IMG/VR virus record: IMGVR_UViG_3300006029_000035 | Location: 1 to 33,032 of that record | DNA length: 33,032 nt | Strand: one strand, 5' to 3' | Source: a virus | Lineage: Duplodnaviria; Caudoviricetes | Shown here: positions 26,682 through 33,032 of the stretch, in pieces | How positions within the stretch are numbered: position 1 is the first letter of the stretch | Layout of the letters: the number at the start of each line of letters is the position of its first letter | Translations under genes and position numbers: made by a program | The notes under the pieces: generated by a model | Database searches by the model: none | What the model was told of the DNA's origin: nothing | What the model saw: only the letters and a program-made list of their open reading frames with translations

Positions 26682-27460
26682 AGGACGTAGAAATCAAGCA
26701 AGAAGAGTATAAGCTACTTAACGGAGACTTTATTAACTCTGAAGAGCTGTTTACTAAAATGAATGACGACGAATTCTACTACGGATTCTTAGGTAAGAAC
26801 GCTTTAAGCTCCTCTTCTTTAAAAACAATACTTAAGAGTTGGGACGACTATTTAGATGAGCTCAGAGGATTATCTCCTGATATTCCTGCTCAGGCACTAA
26901 GAGACGGAAGATTAGTTCACTTAGCAGTATTAGAGCCTCATAGATTAGATGACTTAACTATCATAGATTCTACGAAGGGCTCAAACCTATTTAAAGAAGC
27001 TGTAAAGGAGAAAAGTGAAGCTGAGGTCTATACAAGTAGAGAGCTTAAGAAGTGCTTAGGAATAGCTATTAATGTGACTTCTGACTTTGATTCATTCTTA
27101 TTGCTTCATGAGACTCAGAAGGAAGTATCAGGATTCATGAATTATAGAGGCCTACCTGTAAGAGGCAAGGCAGATTCATTGCATGTAGAAAATGGAATGG
27201 TTATTGATTTAAAAACAACTTCGGACGCTTCTCGATTCGAGGAGGCTATAAATCATTGGAGCTATGATATGCAAGGAGCTGTTTACTTAAAGATGTTTAA
27301 CTGTGACAAATTTACTTTTATAGTAGTAGACAAGAGAACAGGAGAGGTATTAATAAGAGCTCTTAGTCCTGAAGAGCTTAAAAGAGGTCAGGATAAATTA
27401 GATAAAGCAATAGACATCTACATAGAGAATGCAGAGTCACTTAAACAATTTTACAAATAG
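26678..27460 (+). CDS. PD-(D/E)XK exonuclease, RecE/DUF3799-like
   Basis: LSSSSLK, GRLVHLAVLEP, RGKAD, IDLKTT and YDMQGAVY motifs. Confidence 0.85.
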   Translation: MKDVEIKQEEYKLLNGDFINSEELFTKMNDDEFYYGFLGKNALSSSSLKTILKSWDDYLDELRGLSPDIPAQALRDGRLVHLAVLEPHRLDDLTIIDSTKGSNLFKEAVKEKSEAEVYTSRELKKCLGIAINVTSDFDSFLLLHETQKEVSGFMNYRGLPVRGKADSLHVENGMVIDLKTTSDASRFEEAINHWSYDMQGAVYLKMFNCDKFTFIVVDKRTGEVLIRALSPEELKRGQDKLDKAIDIYIENAESLKQFYK

Positions 27461-27465
27461 AAATT

Positions 27466-27756
27466 ATGAAAAAAAACAAATTAAGAACAGGACAGAAGTT
27501 ATCTTTATTTTTAAGAGATATAGATTTTTGGAGGTGGGCGTTCCTTATGGGAATGGTTTATTTTCTTGTTGGTTGTAGTAAAGACGAGCCTTCAGAAGAC
27601 AAAGACTGTAGCTGTAATAGAATCACAGAGGTAATAGTTAATCCTACTACAGGAAGACATACTTTAAAAGGAAACAATATTTGTACTAATGCTCCTTATT
27701 CTGCCGTAGATACTGATAAGATTTACTCAGTAGGAGATTTGAAATGTAATTTATAG
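27466..27756 (+). CDS. putative lipoprotein
   Basis: Hydrophobic stretch, then lipobox LVG-C followed by SKDE, and four further Cys. Confidence 0.7.
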   Translation: MKKNKLRTGQKLSLFLRDIDFWRWAFLMGMVYFLVGCSKDEPSEDKDCSCNRITEVIVNPTTGRHTLKGNNICTNAPYSAVDTDKIYSVGDLKCNL

Positions 27757-27758
27757 AT

Positions 27759-27974
27759 ATGACACCAAAAGAAAAAGCAGTATGGTTAGTTGATTTTTTT
27801 AATAGATTTAACCTAACAACCTATGAAAAGAAAGAATGCGCTTTAATATGTGTTGATGAAATAAATGATGAATTAACTTTTTGGAGTGGAGGTTCAAAAT
27901 TAGGTGAATGGGAAAAAGAAAGATTTAACTATTTGCAAGAAGTTAAACAAGAAATAGAATTACTAAAACAATAG
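27759..27974 (+). CDS. hypothetical protein (MTPKEKA type)
   Basis: 71-aa ORF with CALICVDEI and QEVKQEIE. Codon style is atypical for this genome. Confidence 0.7.
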   Translation: MTPKEKAVWLVDFFNRFNLTTYEKKECALICVDEINDELTFWSGGSKLGEWEKERFNYLQEVKQEIELLKQ

Positions 27975-27976
27975 AT

Positions 27977-28174
27977 ATGGGCATAGAGAAGCATAAAGAT
28001 TATATCGAGCACTATGAAGCTACTATAGTGGATTTTAATGACGGCTTTAAGAAAGAGTACTTTAGAGATGTAATCAAGAGCAGAGAATCTCAGCAGATGT
28101 ATGAGGCCTGTGCAGGAATAAAGGACGCTCTTAAATATTGTAAGAGCCTTAAAGCTGAAGAAGATGTATTATAA
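27977..28174 (+). CDS. hypothetical protein
   Basis: 65-aa ORF with a YEACAGIKDAL motif. Confidence 0.65.
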   Translation: MGIEKHKDYIEHYEATIVDFNDGFKKEYFRDVIKSRESQQMYEACAGIKDALKYCKSLKAEEDVL

Positions 28175-28412
28175 AAAAGACGCTGAAGCAATGAGATTTT
28201 GTTTAGATAAGGGAGTAAGAGTAATTCCTATTCCCTTATATCCTTCAGGAGATAAAATATCTTTAGAGATTCATAAAAAAGGAGCTAAGACTCAGAAGTC
28301 TAAGCTGACTTATAATAAAGACAATATGACTGCAAAAATCATAGAGTTATATCATCTTTTAGCAGTTAGAAATGGCTACTTAAAAGTGTCAAAAAAAATG
28401 ACAGATTCTTAA
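28164..28412 (+). CDS. hypothetical protein
   Basis: 82-aa basic ORF whose 3' end overlaps repeat copy B. Confidence 0.65.
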   Translation: MYYKKDAEAMRFCLDKGVRVIPIPLYPSGDKISLEIHKKGAKTQKSKLTYNKDNMTAKIIELYHLLAVRNGYLKVSKKMTDS

Positions 28413-28540
28413 AAGTGTCACGATTTGAGACGTGTAAGTAATTATAAACAAGCTATTTAACCTAAAACGGATAAGTATTATAAAACTACTACTTAAAGAA
28501 TTATAAAACTACTATGTAATTACCTCTTATAGGTGCCTCA
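28380..28540 (+). repeat. copy B of diverged direct repeat; candidate replication origin
   Basis: TGTCA-N7-TGACA, the 26-bp core, and TTATAAAACTACTA twice (28478 and 28501), directly upstream of the replication gene. Confidence 0.85.
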
Positions 28541-28591
28541 TTAAAGTAACGTGGTTTAGGTGGAGCAGGACATAAAAACAAATTAAGAAAT

Positions 28592-30946
28592 ATGGTTATA
28601 AAATATAATCCTGTAGACAGCACAGGAGAAGAAAAAAACGGAGCTAAGTATCTTCCTAAGAGTGTCTTCTTAAGATGCTTTAAGAAAGGAAAGCTCCTTC
28701 ATGTAGATAAGACTATAGCAGGCTCAGGAATGAGTCACTCCTTCTTAAACTCACTACCTAAGTCAGGAACTGTAAATATTCTTATAGCTCCAAACAGACA
28801 GGTAGTGTTAAGTAAGGAAGAGAGCTATCACAAAAACAAATCAAACTATCTGAGTAATATTCAATTCTTTTGTTCAGGCTCAGGAGATAGTGTCTTGCAT
28901 AAGAAGACAGATATAGTAGTGACTACTACAGACACATGCTTAAAGATGTTTGACGAGCTATCAATGAAGAGCAAAGGGTTAGTACTTATAGATGAGTACC
29001 ATTCAACTATACAGGGCTCTATATACAGGAGCTCCTTAGAAGGGTTCTTAGATAAGATTAAAAGGCAATGGCTTACAGAAGATACATGTATTACTACTGT
29101 GTCTGCTACTCCTCTATTATTTGCGAATGTAGATATAACTCTCATTCCTACTTCTTACTATAGGAGATATGACTTAATATGTAACGACAACTATAAGGAG
29201 GTTATAGAAGAAGCTAAGGACTACATAGAGAACAGCGAAGAGCACGTCATTATATTCACGAATTCAATTAAAGTAATTAGTCAATTCTCTACAAGAAAGA
29301 ACGATAAGTCAGAGCTAAGAGCAGACCTTAAGGTGGGCTCTAAATTGTTAGAGAGTATCTGTAAGAGGTTCGAGTTAGTGTATAATCCTAAGTTCATTAT
29401 AGGAAGCTCTCAGGCCTTTGAAGGGTTCGATATAGAAGAGAGTAATATTAGAGTATATTTCTTTCAAGATTTAGACAATGACACAGAGGAAGGCTTTAAC
29501 GCAGGCAATATCTATCAGGCCATTAACAGGACGAGAAACGGATATAACTCAGCTACCTACTGTAAAGCTCCTAAGAAGGAGGTGCTCAATAGTATTGAGT
29601 CAATAGTAGAGATAGTAGAAGAGAGTAGCTTAAAGAATTATAACTATGGCTCGTACTCTCAACTAAACAGATTACCTAATTTAAATGTAGAAGATAAGTT
29701 CAGGTTCTTAAGGATACTTCAGGAAAGTAAGACAGCTTCAGGAGTTATCTATAAAGTGAATGAGGACTTACTAAACTTAGAGAAGGAGAAGGAGGTCATG
29801 ATTAATAAGGGACTCTTTGCTACTGAGTATAGGGACTTCATTAGAAACAGAAATATTAACCTGATAGATACTCACTCTATACCTAAGACTGTAAGCTTAA
29901 AAAACACAAGAAATGCTCCTTACTATTGTTACATCAACAGAGATGTAATACTTCAGAATAAATTAAATGAGAAAGCTTTTATTTTTAAAGCTCCTGCAGA
30001 CCATTATAAAGAAGGCTTCACGTTAAAAAAGTTAATACGCTCTTTCAGGTCACAGTATCAAGGTCATTTATGCTTTGTCAACTACATGCAGTACTATGAT
30101 AATAATTTAATATTCTCTTCAGAGACTCAGAACTTATTAACCAAACATCTTAATGAAGGCACCTTAGAGCGATTCTTATGCGATTTAAAGCGTTCTTATG
30201 GTAAGAGTAAGAAAGAAGAGTTAAGAGCTCTTAGAAACTCTCCTACGAGGCTAAAGGAATTAAAAGAGAAAATCATAAGATATAAGAGAACTATTCAATT
30301 AAATGCTATAAAGCTAATAGGAGCTTTAACTAATGAGGAGATATTACTGTCAGAGAATATAGTGGTTAACAGAGACTACAATATTCTAACGAAGATAAGT
30401 ATGAATGATATAGTTAGGATAGCTTCATTTATGAATATAACGGTTAAGGAGTTCGATATTAAGTCCTGTGCTCCTCGTGTAATTTATGCCTCTGCAGGAT
30501 TCGAGCTTCATTCAGACTTTTATGGAGAAGACAAAGTTAATAAGGATAAGGTAAACACTTTACTTAACTTGATATCTAAAGACAATAACAGAAAGAAAAC
30601 ACTTTCACGTCATAAGTCTAACTTAAAATATTCATTAAAGAAGGCAGGCTTCAGGTTCGAGGTAGTAGAATTTTTAATAAACAATTTTTATGATAAGCCT
30701 AAGTCGGCTGTATTTAACTACTATACATATCATGAGGCTGAGATATGCAGGAGGGTTAACTATAAGCTCTTTGGAGGGACAGGACTAAGAAGACATGATT
30801 CACTTATCTTATTTGATTCATTATTCACAGGAGAAGAGTTAGACTCTTTCAGATACTTAGGTCAGGGAGGTTGGTTTATTCAGCAGGCTAAAACAGAAAC
30901 AACAAAAGAAACAATTAAAGAAAAGCAATTAACACTATGGAACTAA
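28592..30946 (+). CDS. replication protein: N-terminal SF2 (DExH) helicase-like domain fused to C-terminal family-A-polymerase-like domain
   Basis: Helicase motifs KTIAGSGMS, LIDEYH, SATP, EGFDI and QAINRTR. Polymerase-like motifs EFDIKSCAPR, DFYG..K...LLN and RRHDSLIL. Confidence 0.7.
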   Translation: MVIKYNPVDSTGEEKNGAKYLPKSVFLRCFKKGKLLHVDKTIAGSGMSHSFLNSLPKSGTVNILIAPNRQVVLSKEESYHKNKSNYLSNIQFFCSGSGDSVLHKKTDIVVTTTDTCLKMFDELSMKSKGLVLIDEYHSTIQGSIYRSSLEGFLDKIKRQWLTEDTCITTVSATPLLFANVDITLIPTSYYRRYDLICNDNYKEVIEEAKDYIENSEEHVIIFTNSIKVISQFSTRKNDKSELRADLKVGSKLLESICKRFELVYNPKFIIGSSQAFEGFDIEESNIRVYFFQDLDNDTEEGFNAGNIYQAINRTRNGYNSATYCKAPKKEVLNSIESIVEIVEESSLKNYNYGSYSQLNRLPNLNVEDKFRFLRILQESKTASGVIYKVNEDLLNLEKEKEVMINKGLFATEYRDFIRNRNINLIDTHSIPKTVSLKNTRNAPYYCYINRDVILQNKLNEKAFIFKAPADHYKEGFTLKKLIRSFRSQYQGHLCFVNYMQYYDNNLIFSSETQNLLTKHLNEGTLERFLCDLKRSYGKSKKEELRALRNSPTRLKELKEKIIRYKRTIQLNAIKLIGALTNEEILLSENIVVNRDYNILTKISMNDIVRIASFMNITVKEFDIKSCAPRVIYASAGFELHSDFYGEDKVNKDKVNTLLNLISKDNNRKKTLSRHKSNLKYSLKKAGFRFEVVEFLINNFYDKPKSAVFNYYTYHEAEICRRVNYKLFGGTGLRRHDSLILFDSLFTGEELDSFRYLGQGGWFIQQAKTETTKETIKEKQLTLWN

Positions 30947-31371
30947 AACAAAATATAGAGAAGCTCTTCAATATTGAAGACATTACAAAAAAGACGAGTA
31001 CAAGGAACTACGTCACAGCGAGAATGTTATATTCCTATTACAGAAGTCAGATTATGCAGGCAGGACTTCAGGCTATAACAGATGAGTTAGGATATGCTAC
31101 TCACAGTACAGTCAGTCACTTGATAAAACAGGCTAAGGCCTTATTAGAGTATGATAAGGAATTTCAAAGACAGTACTACATTATACTCAATAATATTAAT
31201 CCTGAAGAGTATCTCTTAGAGGAGTATAGGAGAGAGATAAGTAGGCTACAGGTAGAGCTTCGCGAGATTAATAAGATACTACCAATGTTAAAAGAGCTAC
31301 CAAAAGATAAAGTTCAGGAGGTTATAAGTAAGCTCTCTATAATAATTCAAGCAACTAAAAGAAACTTATGA
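30937..31371 (+). CDS. DnaA C-terminal-like HTH protein with coiled coil
   Basis: RNYVTARM...LQAITDELG..THSTVSH resembles DnaA domain IV. Confidence 0.65.
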   Translation: MELKQNIEKLFNIEDITKKTSTRNYVTARMLYSYYRSQIMQAGLQAITDELGYATHSTVSHLIKQAKALLEYDKEFQRQYYIILNNINPEEYLLEEYRREISRLQVELREINKILPMLKELPKDKVQEVISKLSIIIQATKRNL

Positions 31372-31934
31372 TATACAAAGTATGTACTTCCTGCGAAGGA
31401 ATAAAGCCTATAAGTAGGTTTAATAAAAGAGGAGGAGGAAGAGAAGACTATCAGTCTAAGTGCGTCTCCTGTAACAAGGCTTACCAAAAGAGATACTTCA
31501 AAAAGAATAAAGACAAGCTTCATAAAAAAAGAAAGGAGTACATCGAATCATGTCCCTTAAGGATTCTTACTGATGTATTTAGGAGGAGGACTACTAAAGC
31601 CTTCTTATATAGGAATATATCCAAAGGAGGAGCTACAGAGGGCTTGTTGGGAGCTAATTGGAATGTAATAGAAAGATACTTTGAAGGTCTTTTTAAGGAG
31701 GGCATGAGTTGGGACAAGCCTGAGACATGGCAGATAGACCATAGGAAGCCATTAGGCAGAGTAACTACTGTTAAGGAGCTACTAAAGAGATGTCACTACA
31801 CGAACCTTCAACCTCTATATCCTGAAGAGAACTTATTTAAGAGAAATAAGAGTCAGGCTCAATGGGAGAAAACCAAAGAGACAGATAAATATAAAAATCT
31901 AATAATAAAATTAAAAGAGAAATATGCTAACTAA
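31368..31934 (+). CDS. HNH endonuclease with N-terminal zinc finger
   Basis: CTSC/CVSC, WQIDHRKPL and CHYTNLQPL..EENLFK motifs. Confidence 0.85.
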   Translation: MIYKVCTSCEGIKPISRFNKRGGGREDYQSKCVSCNKAYQKRYFKKNKDKLHKKRKEYIESCPLRILTDVFRRRTTKAFLYRNISKGGATEGLLGANWNVIERYFEGLFKEGMSWDKPETWQIDHRKPLGRVTTVKELLKRCHYTNLQPLYPEENLFKRNKSQAQWEKTKETDKYKNLIIKLKEKYAN

Positions 31935-32484
31935 AGAACGAGAGAGATACCTTAATAAAAACATAGAGCTTAACAAACTTTTTGGTATCAGGAAGATAGG
32001 CTCATGTATGAAGATACTTAAAGAGTATAAAGCTTCTCATAAGCAATATTCACAAGAAGGCTTCAGAGACTACTACTATAAGAATATGAATAAGCTTCCT
32101 GCTTTAACAAGTATTAAGGAGTTTATAATGTCATTAGGCTTTACTACTGAGGAGGCAAGGGAGTATATCGACCTGCGATTAGTAAGACAGACTTACAAAG
32201 GCCTTGAAATGGAGGTAAGAGCTTTTGATTATCTTAAGAAGAATCATAAGCTTCCTGCCTTGAGATTCGCTACACATATAGAAGACATAGAGGACTTCAT
32301 AGATTTAGTAGACGATGTTAACATGTACGCCTTTCAAGTTAAGCCTATTTCTTATAAATTAGGAAGCAACGCTTCACTATTAAAAGATAGAGCTGTACAT
32401 AATCATAGATATAGGGAGCTGAAGCATACAGTATTTTTTATTTACTATCATAACAACAAATTTAAAATAGAGAAAGCAATATGA
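31924..32484 (+). CDS. MjaI-family-like restriction endonuclease (PD-(D/E)XK fold)
   Basis: QTYKGLEME, RFAT..ED.EDFIDL and AFQVKPISY match my recollection of the RE_MjaI pattern (KT..GL..E, RxAT.EE..GID, xIKP.TY). Confidence 0.7.
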   Translation: MLTKERERYLNKNIELNKLFGIRKIGSCMKILKEYKASHKQYSQEGFRDYYYKNMNKLPALTSIKEFIMSLGFTTEEAREYIDLRLVRQTYKGLEMEVRAFDYLKKNHKLPALRFATHIEDIEDFIDLVDDVNMYAFQVKPISYKLGSNASLLKDRAVHNHRYRELKHTVFFIYYHNNKFKIEKAI

Positions 32485-33023
32485 ATAAACTAACATTATT
32501 AGACACTAAGAGAGGCCAATGGATTAGAACTGCCTACTCCTTCATAAGTAACAGCAAAGGAACTAACGAGGCCGAAGATATTGTACAGGAGACTTATTTA
32601 AAGCTGTATGACACAGGAAAGATAGACGCTGTAGTGAGTGACTCAGGCTTCATTAATAGCTCTTACATGTACTTAGCTATACGCTCAGTAGCTACAGACT
32701 ACTTAAGAATAAATCAAAAGGAGACTAAGCGAACGGTAGATATAGACGAATCTGTGTCAGGTATTAAGTCTGAAGACTACTGTGAGAATTTAGAGATATT
32801 TACAGAGCTAATAGATAAAATGAATGAAGAGGTTAACTCATGGAGTTGGTACCATAAGCAACTCTTTAAGATTTACAAAGACACAGGCTACTCTATGCAG
32901 AAGCTGTCAGATGACACTAAGATAAGTAAGACCTCTATCTTCACAACTATCAAGAGATGTAAAGAACGACTAAGGGAAGTTTTAGGAGAAGATTACGATA
33001 ACTATTTAAACGGAAAACAATGA
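32481..33023 (+). CDS. ECF-type RNA polymerase sigma factor
   Basis: Region 2 EAEDIVQETYLKL...DYLR and region 4 GYSMQKLS..ISKTSIFTTIKR, 180 aa. Confidence 0.85.
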   Translation: MNKLTLLDTKRGQWIRTAYSFISNSKGTNEAEDIVQETYLKLYDTGKIDAVVSDSGFINSSYMYLAIRSVATDYLRINQKETKRTVDIDESVSGIKSEDYCENLEIFTELIDKMNEEVNSWSWYHKQLFKIYKDTGYSMQKLSDDTKISKTSIFTTIKRCKERLREVLGEDYDNYLNGKQ

Positions 33024-33032
33024 AAAATTTAA

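Noticed and set aside
14768-28436. 26-bp direct repeat as attL/attR or CRISPR repeat
   Set aside because: There is no integrase, essential virion genes lie both inside and outside the repeats, and there are only two copies with no spacer array.
5467-31717. Other minus-strand ORFs (5467, 5718, 8235, 16462, 16734, 21032, 23700, 28861, 31520)
   Set aside because: All are antisense shadows lying over well-supported + strand genes.

Overview
An apparently (near-)complete ~33 kb genome of a lytic, long-tailed (siphovirus-like) phage of a Bacteroidota host, probably Flavobacteriaceae. Host evidence: a TAnnTTTG promoter, A-rich translation starts without Shine-Dalgarno sequences, a T9SS-sorting-domain protein and a lipobox/SKDE lipoprotein. 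All credible genes are on the + strand, and I recognise no integrase, repressor or DNA methyltransferase. Gene order: terminase; frameshifting tail chaperone and tail genes; tape measure; XkdF-type protease, scaffold and capsid; two paralogous tail-tube genes; portal, adaptor and fibre; lysis genes; RusA; a structured non-coding early leader; small early genes; ERF, SSB, dNTP diphosphohydrolase and RecE-like exonuclease; an SF2-helicase/PolA-like fusion; a DnaA-C-like HTH protein; HNH; an MjaI-like endonuclease; an ECF sigma factor. Top signals: (1) an orphan MjaI-like restriction nuclease in a genome that appears to lack CYRG (CTAG/CCAG/CTGG/CCGG), to the point that Pro-Gly is absent from the proteome; (2) a phage-encoded T9SS cargo protein; (3) nine ECF-type promoters (AYR-N15-CGT), four of them apparently leaderless; (4) a boxA-containing structured leader RNA with an anticodon-less tRNA mimic; (5) a duplicated origin-like element. 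Family assignments come from recalled motifs, and k-mer statements come from partial scanning by eye. No searches were run.
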